From the human T2T-CHM13v2.0 reference genome, Homo sapiens: 64,000 nt of DNA. Both the position numbers and the translations under genes were made by a program. Below, one piece after another: positions 26,428 through 39,365 of this stretch (the stretch's first letter is position 1; every line of letters starts with the position of its first letter). The notes beneath the pieces were generated by a model that saw only the letters and a list, made by a program, of their open reading frames with translations, had not been told where the DNA came from and ran no database searches. The DNA lies in the NCBI RefSeq assembly GCF_009914755.1, contig NC_060932.1, one strand, 5' to 3'.

Positions 26428-26940
26428 TCACACAAGTATCTGAAAAATTGGGACTTTATTTTCACTGCTTTGGAGATTATCAATACAATATTTATTAAAA
26501 ACAAAATTGGCATTACATGTCAAAAAGCTTTATATTTGACCTGGAAATTTTACGTACAGGAATGTCTCTTTAAAAAAAAAAGTGACAATATGCAAAGAGA
26601 TAAGTATTAGAATGCTCTTTCCAGCATTAGAAACTTTAACCTCTGTAAGAAAGTACTCAAACATTCAACAGACCTGGACTGGTAAAATGAACTATGCATG
26701 CAGCTTTCGAAAGCGATGCATGTACCCTCGAACGTGCAGACTACACTGATGCTTCTCATTTTTTCTACCATAAGAAAAGTTTGTAAAGACATCAATCAAA
26801 ATAAAGTAATTATGTTAATTACTGTTACTATTACACCAAAAATTTGAATGATATAAAATTGAATATCCTGTGTATTTTTTATATAAAGCGTATCCTTTTT
26901 GTTTCCTATATAATTGTTATTAATACAAGAAAGGAAAATT

Positions 26941-27239
26941 GGCCGGCCGTGACGGCTCATGCCTATAACCCCAGCACGTTGGGAAGCCAAGGCGGATGGA
27001 TCACCTGAGGTCAGGAGTTGGAGACGAGACTAGCAAAACCCAATCTCAACTAAAAATACAAAAAATTAGCTGGGCATGGTGGTGCACACATGTAATCCCA
27101 CCTACTCGTGAGGCTGAGGCAGGAAGATTTCTTGAACCTGGGAGGTGGAGGTTGCAGTGAGCTGAGATCAGAGATCACGCCACTGTACTCCAGGCTGGGT
27201 GACAAGAGCAAGACTTCATCTCAAAAAAAAAAAAAAAAA
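26941..27239 (+). mobile_element. AluSx-like
   Basis: GGCCGGCCGTGACGGCTCATGCC...TCACCTGAGGTCAGGAG...poly(A); flanks share GAAAATT. Confidence 0.96.
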
Positions 27240-27262
27240 GAAAATTAAAAATTAATCACCTT

Positions 27263-27620
27263 TGTCTTAGGTTTAATTCCTGGGAAATCAATGCTGACAC
27301 AAGTATTCATGTGAGAGTGATTTTTAAGAAGAGTTTTCTGATAAAGACCTCAGACCGTCAGAGGCAGAGCAGGGAAGGACGCCTAGCAAAGGGGTAGAGT
27401 CACAGACCCATCTTTGGTGCAATCCCCCAGGGGGCTGTGGAGCCTCAGAGTTGTCCAGGTCAGCTACGTTGGGCTAAGTTCTGCAGCAACCCTCATTCCA
27501 GAGCTGCATTGCTTAAGGCCTCTGGCCACTTTGGTGGGATGGGCTTTTGGGTGGGACACCACCTAGGAGGTGGGTTTCGGGACCTGGGGAGGGCACCTGA
27601 GTGGTGGGTGCAGGGCACAA
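27263..27620 (-). mobile_element. ERVL LTR fragment (LTR16/LTR33-like)
   Basis: TGTCTTAGGTTTAATTCCTGGGAAATCAATGCTGACACAAG...GCAGAGCAGGGAAGG...CCCCCAGGGGGCTGTGGAGC. Confidence 0.5.
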
Positions 27621-29124
27621 AGTCCAAGCCCTGAAACCTCAACTTTAATTCTTCCCTTTCACACATGGAACTTACGTCTTGTATTCATCACAGATTTTGT
27701 AATATCGGAAATAAATCTCCTGATTGTTATTTTTTAAAAGCAGACTTCTTTCCTTAGTTTTATCCCAAGTTGTAAGCACAACTGCTTGCCTGATGTCTTC
27801 AATATCTTGGATTCACCATTTAATACGTAAAAAGTAAAAGGGAAAAAAACCTACAGATCTGAAATGATAAATTCATGAGCCAAAATAAAGAAAAGAAAAA
27901 TTGGTGTCATTTTACATTTTTTGTATCTTACCTTAAATCAATGTCTTACTTCAGACTGTCTGTGCCCTTTTCCTACTTCTGGTCATTTCTTAGCTAAATC
28001 TTATTGCGTCCACCTTGAGGACTGATCTATGACTTTCTCAGCATTTTCAGGTCACCTTTAATTGCAAAATGAAATATGAAGTATCACAGACAAGGAGGGT
28101 GGAAGTGGAAGATGTGAGCTATAAATTGCTGCTGCTGCTGCCAGAACCCAGTACTGAGCAGATTCAAAGTGAGAGACACCCTCTCCCCGTGGGTTCTATT
28201 TCGGCCAGTCAGCTACTCTTAGCGGACTTGACAGCCTCAGATGGCTTTTTTTTTTCTTTTCTTCAAATTGAGGGGCGCAAGTACTTAATGTCATTTTGAA
28301 GGGCAGCAGTTACTAAATTAGAAACAAATCTTTTCTATTAATTTAACTCTTTTGCATATCTCAATCATCTCAGTTAGTGAGCACCTCTATGCCGCTTTGA
28401 CACACTCTGGATTCTGAAACCATCTTTATCTACACCAGTGTCCTCAGCCTGTCCAATAATGGAGCCCTGTCCTTCTACACAAGGCAGCCTAAACTACCCA
28501 CCACCCCACATTAATAATAGGAAAAACACAGAAACTTTGTGAGGCAAAAAGAAAAAAAAATACAACTGAGAGTAAAAAGAGAAATGAATACAGCTACTCT
28601 TTTCTAAAATGACAAAGGATAGAATTATTGTTTCAGACTACTGAGACTTGGCAAGCCCAATGTATTTTAAGCATAGGTACTATTTGCAAGGCAGCATTCG
28701 TACTGTGATTCAAGGTAACTGGTACATTTTGATCATCTCTTCCTTTCATATTTACTGCATCCATCATTGAAGCAAGGCTCAGCATTTTGCTTCCCTGGTG
28801 TAGACAGACCATTTGCAAAGGGCATTAATGGACGTAGCTATATAGCCTAGTTGAAGTTGATGACATATAGAAAATATTAAGTGTCCACAGACAGTTTTAA
28901 GGCCATCTGGAGGGATCTCAAAATCGAAGAGCAATTGCACAAAGGAACTCATTTAGATTAGTTATGCTATCTATAGGATGCTCATTTTGCATCAAAGTAC
29001 AATTGGCTTAAACTAGTAGTGTTTGCCCTTTTCCCTTTTCCTCTGCCTGCCTCAGCCAAGGCTTCGTGGTTTCAGGCTCATCTTGACCTATGACTGGTCC
29101 TCCAACTAGGAACAAGCAAAATGA

Positions 29125-29163
29125 GTGTGTGCGCGTGTGTGTGTGTGTGTGTGTGTGTGTGTA
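29125..29163. repeat. (TG)n microsatellite
   Basis: Seen directly. Confidence 0.95.
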
Positions 29164-29578
29164 GGGATAGTGAGAAGCATCCCCGTGGTTAACTTAACTT
29201 TGGGAATTAACCTTTATCATGTGTGCCATCTCACAGTGGACTTGAAAACAAACCACGAAATCAAACAATAAAAACAAGACACCACTTAAGAAAAGACAGA
29301 GTGTGAATTTCCAAGCAACTTGAAACTTTATAATTTCAAACTATAGTTTATGAAGAGATCACAATGTTTTTTTCTTACACTTAATTCACAATGACTCTAG
29401 GTATCCTGTCTGTTTCTAGGCATGGATTTCCATGCTTCTGATAACTTTGTAATACCTCATTAATACTGTGAAAGGCTTTGTTTTCTTGTTTTGATATTAT
29501 CTTCCAAAGAGAATGTTTAAATATGTCAACAATCATTTATTGTTATACTCATTCTCGCTTCCTGACATAGAAAATCCG

Positions 29579-29586
29579 TGACGTCA
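29579..29586. promoter_or_regulatory. Full palindromic CRE motif
   Basis: TGACGTCA; motif only. Confidence 0.3.
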
Positions 29587-31311
29587 TAGGGAAGGACAGA
29601 CTCCAATAATACTTAGTTTTTGAAAAATATAGTATGTCCTTAGAGATGCAAATATCATGTCATATCCGTGTGTTTTCAAATCGTGTGACATTAACCACTG
29701 GAGAGAGGCAGAATAAAGTGATCTTAGTGCTGGCTTCTACAAGAAATTATATTTTCAGAATCTTTATGTTATTAGAGCCAGCAGTAAAGTCACCAGATAT
29801 CATTTGGTTTTCTCCGGTGCCATTTCTAATTCAATAAAAACAGATCTTGATATTGTGTTACAGAAAAGTACAATTGCTTAGTCTTATTTAAAAGATCATG
29901 TATATGATTTTTTTGCCCATACAATGGACTATATATGAATATAAGCTATTTGTTAATATTCTTTAAGTTGATCCTGGCCACTTTCCAAAGTGAGGATAAA
30001 TTCCAAACTTTTGAATATAAATTCATGGTTTATGGTTTACTGAGAAATGTTATCCAAACAGAAACATCGATAAAGCAATTCCCTTTAGTGTTCAGTGAAG
30101 AATTCATGGAAATAAGCCTTCGAAATATAAAAAGGGTTTCAGTTACTATTAACTACCAGTGATGTACTCAACATAGTTATTAGATACCCAGTCTAGATTT
30201 GTCTCTTGTCTCTTTTATAGGAAGGGGTTTTGCATGATAGGAGAGGAGGGTTAGGGGTCAGAAAGCCCTAGGTTGGAATCTGCCCGACATTCAACAGACC
30301 AGAACTACCAGAGACAAATTTGACTGTAAATCTCAGCTGTTTTATTTATAAAATCGAAAGCCAGGATTCTACTATTGTTTTGTAGATCTTAATTACTGAA
30401 AAGATCTATGTCTTCTATCCTCCATCCAATAGAATTCAAAATGAAAACATATCAGTAAAATAAAGTTAAGCTCATTTCTGCTTTTTTCCACGAATGTCTA
30501 TTCTAGTAACCTTTTAAAATACTAATATAATTTTTTTCAAAGAACGTTATTGGTATTTATTTAGTCCTTCTCTTTGTTGGTGCTCTACATTTGAGCTCAT
30601 AGAATATCCTTGACACAGTAATTATGTGTGTGTTACATATTTTTTGTAAGAATTTAATGAGAGCCAAGTGTTAACTGCCTGAGAAAGCAGCTAGCCCACA
30701 GAGCCTCCATAAATACGATGGGCATTCATGCAAGACAAGTCTTTACAGATGTATCGTAAGTCAAAGACGGCAGGAGCCACAACTCTACTCACATATTGGA
30801 AAGCCACATCTTTTAAATGCCAACAAAACAGTATTAGGGGTGTGTTCTATTTCATGGTTATTTGGTTATTTGTTCAACCATTAAAATTATTTCCACAATA
30901 ACGAGAAACTATTTCCTTTATACATCAAAACTAGATGCCCTTGTATTCTGAATGGAACCAAATAATGAATTAATTTTCAGGAAATTTAAACCATATTTAA
31001 CTAGATGAGTTAAAATACACATTTTAAAGCTCCAGGAAAATAAGCCTCTAATTATTGAAGCTGGAAAACCAACAGAGCAGAAGCAATTAATAATTGAAAA
31101 ACTCATGCTATGGAATGTTCAGAAATTTTAAATATAATAGAGAATCATTGATTTTGATGCAGGTATTTTAAGAAGCCAAATTACAAAGCTTTCTATGCAA
31201 TTACTGAATAAATTGCCAGTCATATACAGACTTCGGTGTAGATTTTTTTTTTTTTATTTAAAAAGGGATTCCTGACTGACTTTATATTACCACCAGACAA
31301 AAGAATGGACG

Positions 31312-31402
31312 TGAGAGAGAGAGAGAGGGAGGGAGGAACACTGGGAGGGAGGGAATTAGGGAGGGAGGAAGGAAGGAAGGAAAGTACGAAGGAAGACAGG
31401 GG
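31312..31402. repeat. GA-rich polypurine tract (GA)n/(GGGA)n/(GGAA)n
   Basis: Seen directly. Confidence 0.85.
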
Positions 31403-33944
31403 ATATAAAAGGCAGAGAGAGATAATATTACAAAGAATTTTTACTGACTTTTAGTGATCAAAATATAAAACCAATATTATGTTCATACATTATATCCTTA
31501 TGACTGCTATATGAAATGCCTGCAAGCCTTCAAGAAAAGTATCTTAGTATTTGTTCTGTTTACATGATACAATTTATTCCTAGGGGACCTAATACAGATA
31601 TGATTACTGATACTATTTAACAAATACAGACATGGCTCATTGTCTAACAGCCTGTACCCAATCCTTCTCTACATATGCTTCCCTAATAAAAGAGAAAAGA
31701 AAACACTTAAAGCGGTTTACTTAACAAAAAGGGATAGGAACTTGAAATTAATTTCCACTTCCTGGTAAACACATAGGATTAATTTAAATCTAGTAGAAGG
31801 TAGAATTATACAGAAAACAAACTTTGTAATGGAGCAGCTCCAATTTGGAGTTTCAAGTACCCAAGTATCCAACTGATAATATAATACTGGCATATAAAAT
31901 GAGGTATAGACCTGATTCTGCAGGGACGATGTTTTTTCCCCCTGGATGTCAGTTTACTCGTTTGTATAGAGAGATAATATCTGCGATAATCATAGTCCTA
32001 AAATTATATTTCAAGAATATATGTATTGCACCTGTCCATCTCTTTCATGGATGTATTTAGTATATCTTTTTATTCTATGCAATATGCTTCATGTTATAGA
32101 ACACTTCAATATCCTCTGAAAATTGTGAAGCACTCTGCCAATTCGTGGTCTTATTCTCACGGTGATCTAATGTGATAAATTATTTCTTGGTCTTCATGTG
32201 ACCGAGTCCTTGCCTACTACAGCCAGGAGGCTCAGTGGGTTGAGAAGCCTGCGTCGAGAAGTCAGCGAGTGAAACGCCACCACTCTGCATTGTCACTCTG
32301 CCACACTCCCTCATCACATCACTTAACCTTCCCCTCTCACTTGCTCTAAATGTGAAATGGAGAGGAAGACGCTGAGCCAAAACTGAGGAAGTGCTACATA
32401 CATTAAATTACCTAGTGCTTGTGAACCATCTTTAAACACATAAATTATTTTAAAATAAAATACTTTGCATGCAGATGACAGAACAGACCTCATAAAGCAT
32501 TATATTATAATTTGTTCAAATTCCAGACCCTGTCATATTCCATTAATGAATACAGGATGATTCAGGGTGAACACGTTGAGATGAAATGTGGTCCTGGAAC
32601 ATGGAAAACTCGAAAGTGGAAGCTCATTGTGGGATGCAGCACAGATATGCTAAATTATTGTGAACGTAACCATTCATGGTGACTCAAATGCGATGGCTTG
32701 TGGACCTCAGAGCAGTAAACCTGAGCCTTTGCTAGACGATTTTTTAATTACCAAGGGCTTTTCTTTCTCACACAAACTAAATACTCAAAGAATTATCTGA
32801 GTCCTCCCATGAAACAGACAGTGAGATGACGGAAACCCGGATTTTCGGTGTCATTTACAGACCCACAATCTCTAATTTTAAAATGAACCCAGCAAAAACG
32901 TTTAATTACCTAACTTTCAAAAGTCTCTAGGAAGTGATAACTCAATTGCATGTGAAGCACCCAGACAGCCACACTCTAGACAACCACCAGCTCTCTAGGT
33001 GCAATTTCAAACCTATAGCTTACTGAGGATCATGCAGTGTGCACATGCTCGGAGACCTGACCCAAGTCCCGCTACACCCTAGGAAGGTGGTCTAGTTCCA
33101 CCCTAGATGGGAGGCTGGCTCTGTCAGTTTTCAGCGTTGCAGTATTGAACTCGTGTCTCACCTCCAGCCTGTGGATGAAGCAAAGTTCTTTGCCATAAAA
33201 GTCCCCTGGATGATGTTAGTGCCATCAACACCCTGCCTGCTTCCCACGCCCATCTGTGGGCCATCTATTTAGTTTACATTGCATTCACTTCTTTCCTCTG
33301 GAGCTCTTTTCCTGCCACCGTGCTACTAGCATATTAACAAAGAGAGAAATCTTGACGATAATCATATTTTTCAAAAAGGTAATTAACTTTCTCTTCTCAT
33401 CCAGAAACAGTAATTAAAATCATCCTGAAACCATACAAAGAAAAGAAGCATTTGAACCATGGTCGCAGTGCCTGTGAGTTTCATGTAGAGTATGCTTTGT
33501 TGAGCCCATTCATTGAACGATGAACTTCATTTGAAAACCACCCATTTGATCACAAAAATCTAGTCCTGTGACAACCTTAAATTCTCATGCTATGAATTTG
33601 AGGGAAGCAGTAAAAGATGAAGGTGTCATAAAAAAATAATAAAACTGCAGCCTGAAAGATGGTCTTACCCTTCCTAGGAGTTGAATGAGCAAGTACAGAT
33701 GCATGCCTGCGCTCTTAAGCTATTATTTATGTTCAATTCTATGTGGCATTTTGATTTTTCAAAAGAACCACATACAAAGACTAACTTCAAATGTTATCTG
33801 GACTACCTCATCATCTCAAAATAGACTTATCTTGAAATAGAAAAAGAATTAAATATTTTTATTCTTTTTAACCACAGACTAATACATTCTCATAGAAAAT
33901 TAATGGGAAATACAGAAGACTACTCGAGTAATTTAGGACTGTGA

Positions 33945-34400
33945 TTAAAGTGGATGACATTATTGTACCCAACTTTTCATTCCCATCTGCCTGTCCACCA
34001 CTCACCCGGGGGTTCGGCAGCTTCTCCCACAGAAAGCAAACCTTATTTCCCAGCCACATTGACTTTGGACATGGCCCTATGACAGGCCTCGGCTAATTTC
34101 CAAGGGTAGGGTGACAGCACTGACTTAAAACCTATTCAGGGCAGTACTCTCCTGAGCTTCCCTCACTGCCGGATGGGAAACGTGCTCCAGGCAGCCAAAC
34201 ATTCTCACAAAAATGAAAGACTCATGGGGCACACTTGAGCTGAAACCTTGTCTTATAGCCAAGCTGAGCCCAGCCCATCCTGAATCACCTAAACCCCAGA
34301 CAAACCAGAGAGCAGGACACCAGTACGTGTTCATTGTTCCGTGGGCCTGAGCTTTGGAATGGGTTGTTACTCAGCATTTTTACAGTAATAGTAATGACAG
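33945..34400 (+). mobile_element. MLT1H/I-like MaLR LTR
   Basis: TATTTCCCAGCCACATTGACTTTGGACATGGCCCTATGAC...GCCAAGCTGAGCCCAGCC...GAGCTTTGGAATGGGTTGTTACTCAGCATT...TAATAG. Confidence 0.7.
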
Positions 34401-36385
34401 TAATAATCCTAATACATATGAATATACATAATACTGTACATGCACACGTACATACATGTGTAGATACACTATAAATGTTTTCTTATATGTTAAACTGAAT
34501 AAAAATACTACCTGTAGTCTTCTGTTAAGAATCATATCACAGTATGTAAACTATCAGCTCTATATCTGACATAGAATAATGGATCCATAGAAGCCAGCCA
34601 TAATATTAATAATAATAGCAAGCTATGTTATTGTTAATATTACTAGTAAGAGGAGGAGTATATTCTCAAAGGTCTCCATGAGGGAAGTACAAGCTCTCTT
34701 TCTACTGCTTTTCTAAATTCAATAAAGCCCACCCTCAGTAGGAGTTCACTTGGAAAAACTTCCCAAACAGTAAAATACAAATCTGTTGTGTATCCCATTG
34801 CTCTCGCCCATAGATAGCACATCTGGTTGACTTTTGTAAATAATACTCGTGTGGGCTCAATGTCCTTATTAGCATGCTTACTTGCAATTATGTTTCCTGG
34901 GTGCTACACAGAAGAGGAATCCACCACCACGATTCCGGCGGTGTGGAGTCACAGAGGGCGGCAGGCAGATTGGTTTCATTGCCAGCACCAGTCGGTCAGC
35001 AGCGGTATAGGGTTGCTGCATTAGGAACGATGATCAGAGCATTTACTACAGATGCTGGTTGAAAAAGGGTGCTAATTATTTGCTTTAAAGAAAGTGTGTA
35101 AATCTATCTTTCCACCACCCCTTCCTGCGACAATCATTGGTAGGGCACTATCTAGATTATAGACCCTTTTGCTAAGTTCTGTGAATTCAAAGGAAAAAGA
35201 CGGAAACATGGATCTAAAGAATTAAGCTCTTGTAACTTACTTGAAGCTTGTATCTGTACTCTCAAATAATAATCATAGTGAATAAAACACATCCTCTTGG
35301 ATCCCTTGTGGTAGAAAAAGGCTTTCAGTGATACAACTTAATATGTTCCTAGACACTTATCATAATGGGTGTGATACTAATGGTTTCACCCAAAAATTAA
35401 ATAGAACACAGCCAGCAATCATACCAACAGCCTTTGGACAATCGGTTTCAACCATTTAGAACATACTGGTTTAAAAATCTACTGTCGCTTGAACACGCCC
35501 ACTCAGAAAGTTTGCCTAATGGGAGAACATTAAAACATAAACTTATTTAGAACCTTGGTATCATTTTTCATATTCCCCAGGCCAACAGGCATGTAATAAA
35601 GTGATAGTGCTTTCATGATTTAAAAGTTATCTCTCCATGTCTCTCCAACAAGTCTGGATCCAATATTCTTTTTCTATGTTTACAAAAAACTGAGCTGGAT
35701 TATTTGGGGTCAGAGATAGAAATCATTCTTCAAGAACATAAGAGATCCAGAAAATCTTGTTTAAAATTGGAGGACATTTTGCTCTTGATCTTATTGAGTT
35801 GTCTTGCCGAGTTTTACTTTCCAGTCACACAGATGAGTACAGCTTCACTGCCTCTGGCTGCAGAATAAAACTGAATGAAACAGATGGACCTTATTACCAA
35901 TAAAAGGAGCCATAGCTATTAATTCAGGGACAACTGTTACATACATTCATGATAAATACACGTCTTGATATCATCTGAATTCACTGATATTATTCTTTAG
36001 GAGAAAAGATAGAGTTTTATGAATTAGGAAAAAATACTTCTAATGAAGGGCAATAAGAAAATCATTAAATGTGTTATACATATTAATAATATTATACATC
36101 TATAGCAAGAGTTTCCGGTGTATCACCATGGGATGAAACAACTGCTTCTAAAATCTCCCATCTGATACTCAACATTTTAAGCAGTAAGGAGTATAAGTTA
36201 AATTTCCAAACATTACCTGCAATCTAAGAATACTGTATGTATAAACTAACAAGAGACTTCCAGGGGATTGCCAATAGACATGAATAAGAATCTCAGACTA
36301 AGTTCTACTCTTCAGTAAAGAGGCCTTAGGTTTAAAAGCCTAGACCCATGAGCTCTACTCCCTACAGCTAGACCAAAAGGTAAAG

Positions 36386-36673
36386 CTGTGCTCTCCAGTA
36401 GAAATAATATGCAAGCCACATATGTAATTTTAACTTTTCTAGGGGCCATATTTAAAAAGGCTAAAACTGAGTTTGATATCTAGCCTAGCATATCCAAAAC
36501 ATCTGTCATTTCAACATGTAATAAGTGAAAATTGAGATAATTCATGTTTTTTTACACTAAATATTTGAAATATACTGTGTATTTTATGCTTCTAGTACAT
36601 ATCATTGTGGACCACCTGCATGTCTACAACTCAACAGCCACATGGGGCAAGCGGTTGCCATATTAAACAGTGC
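36386..36673. mobile_element. MER33 (hAT-Charlie) DNA transposon
   Basis: CTGTGCTCTCCAGTAGAAATAATATGCAAGCCACATATGTAATTTT...CAGCCACATGGGGCAAGCGGTTGCCATATTAAACAGTGC. Confidence 0.85.
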
Positions 36674-36835
36674 CATTCAAATCCAAGTCCGGCCACTTAC
36701 CAAGTATATTAACCTAAATCAGTTTCTTCACCTGTTTCTTCTCCTGCAAACGGGGTAATTACAGTATTGTCAGGAATATCAAGTGAATATATGCCAAGTG
36801 CTTAGAATGAGGGTTAGCTCAATATAAATGTTATA
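36674..36835 (+). mobile_element. MIR SINE (3' part)
   Basis: TTCAAATCCAAGTCCGGCCACTTAC...GTTTCTTCTCCTGCAAACGGGGTAAT...AAGTGCTTAGAA...GCTCAATATAAATGTTA. Confidence 0.7.
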
Positions 36836-37304
36836 CAAAAATACCAGTTAAAGTTAGCTCATTTGGTAACTATTTCCTTAGCCTTTAGAAACACAAAACC
36901 TTAGTTAAGGATTTAAGCCTACCATTTTATATAATTCTAAAATATTTTATGTAAACTTCAAGAACTGAGCAGTATTAACTCACATCCATTCCCTGTCATG
37001 TATTAAAAGTAAATGGATGCAGATTTTTCATTTATGTGAAATGATTTACCTAATAAAATTCAAATTGATTTTCTCATAGTCAAATTTAATATGTTCCTCA
37101 ACTTATTTTTCTTTTGTAAATGCACAGCTTGCATTTTTGTTTTTGACTTTTGATAATCTATTCCATAGCCATTCATAACGTGATTGTACCTTCAAACTCA
37201 CTATGCAGGGAAACTAAACAAGGCCTTTTCTTGCTTTGCCACCTAGTACCACCCGAGTCATGTTTGATGTTATTATTTGGCAATTGTCTGTAACACTTAG
37301 TAAA

Positions 37305-37351
37305 ATACACGTGTGTGTGTGTGTGCGCACGCGCGTATGTGTGTGTATGTG
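37305..37351. repeat. Alternating purine-pyrimidine (TG/CG) tract, Z-DNA-prone
   Basis: ATACACGTGTGTGTGTGTGTGCGCACGCGCGTATGTGTGTGTATGTG. Confidence 0.85.
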
Positions 37352-39131
37352 GGGGGTGGTGGCTGTGTGTCTGTATAATTGCTACTTTCCCTTAGGGGTT
37401 CCAGGAAAATATGCAGATAATATGATTTTGTATTACATAGAAAATTTCATAGAAACTTTATAATGTTCCAATGTCAATGAGATTCCGTCATCTGGAAATT
37501 TTCATAATTCATATGTAACAATATATTTGCTCTGAAATAATTGAAAAAGCTGAAGAAAGTGCCTCGCATATCACCAATATAATAAATCATATAAAGAACG
37601 AAGACGAGAACTTTATAAATTAGTTCAAAGAGATCAAATGATTTATAAGAAAACTGTAACAGCCTTGTGTCTGAATCAGATAAAATTAACTGCTACCTCT
37701 CCTGAAATATGAGATTAAAGAATGGCATAAAATAGTGATGATATTAAAGACAAGAAAGTAAAGAGATATTTGTTGTAAGAGTTTCATTTTCTGTACTATT
37801 CCACCCAGTGAAATGGGCATCACACTTAAACGATTAATCAGTAAAGTAATTCGACCCTGTTAGAGAAAGGTATTCTGTAAGTGGAAAGCATTTTTATGGC
37901 AACACATAAATGATCAAGTGAGAAAAATAAGGCTGTAGTGGCATCAACCATCACTGCTTCATTAATTTCTCCTCATTTCTGGAAAATGGTGAATCACGAG
38001 GTTCAACAAGAGAACTGAAGACAATTCAATTTTATTGAATTTCAATTTAACCTGCTTAAATTAGGAATGTCAAACCTAGTATTAATTGGGAATATTGACT
38101 CGGAGAGAGAAGTTTCTTCTTTCAAACTACCTTGAGTATTGGCCCCCTGTATTTTTAACCATTAAAATTAGTTTTTTTTAAGTAATGTATTATGTTGAAT
38201 CATATAAAATTGTTGATATTTGATTATTTTTGTTCTAGAAGAATACAACTTCAAAAAATACAATTTTATCAAATTTAGGGGATTGGTGGCAATGTATTGC
38301 TGCCATAGAAACAAGAGGTATTTCCCAATATTGACATGGAAAAATAAACACATGTGAGGCTCATCCTTTGGCAACAATTAAAATGTCTTATAACACATTC
38401 ACTTCAAAATTTTGATGGGGCTGTCATAACTGGACTTTTTAAGTTGAAATGATTTCTATTGGCTCATTGAGTCACAGAAATAAGAAAAAAAATGAATACT
38501 GATTCATTTTTTTTGCTTCGTTTAAATCTTTTAGTCTCTTTCAAACATTCAGTTTATTTTAGGAATATGGTTTAAAATACCAAGTTTTGCATAGACATAG
38601 GAAAAGATGTGATTTTTTTTCTTCTATGAGACAGTGAAATCAGTGCCACAGCTGCCTCAAATCATAGAACTGTTCCCTAATGAATTGACTGTTTCTCCGT
38701 ATAGAATTTTCTGATAGGCGCATTAGAATAAGTCATAGAAATACATGCTGGTTTTTTAAAATAATAAACGAAAGACAGAAAGTAACAGCTTCCAATTACA
38801 GCAGGAGTCAAGCCCAAGAAAAGACAAGGTCCTGTCATTTATAAAACTTTGGCTTTGACATCATCGAAAATTCCTACGCAGCTGGACAGGAGTCTCAGGA
38901 ATGAGAACACAACCAATTATGCCCTTCTGTGAAGCTCACTGGCTGCTTCGTGTGCAGCGAGATAAACACAGCTGTCTGTTCACTGCCTTGCCTACGTCTC
39001 TAAGTGAGACACAACCAGTCGAAGTCTGTATTTCACAGATGAATAGTTCTAAGTTTGTCGGGGAGGTGGGGGTTTTTCTCCCAGTTTGGGATAGTGGCTG
39101 CTTCCAATCAAAGACAGATGCTTCCAGTCTT

Positions 39132-39365
39132 TTTGGTACAAACATTCAGTTAGATAGAAGGTATAAATTCTACTGCTCTATAGCACAGAGTAGTGACTTT
39201 GTCAATTTCTAAGTAGGTAAAAAGAGTACTTGAAACGTTCCCGACACATAGAAATAATACTTAAGTTGACAGATATCCCAAATACCCCAAATTTGATCAT
39301 TATACATTCTATGTTTGCAACAAAATATCACATATACCACATGAATTTATCAATTATATATTAAA
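39132..39365 (+). mobile_element. L1MA 3'UTR fragment
   Basis: GGTACAAACATTCAGTTAGATAGAAGG...TATAGCACAGAGTAGTGACT...TTTGATCATTATACATTCTATG...AAAATATCACATATACC. Confidence 0.8.
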
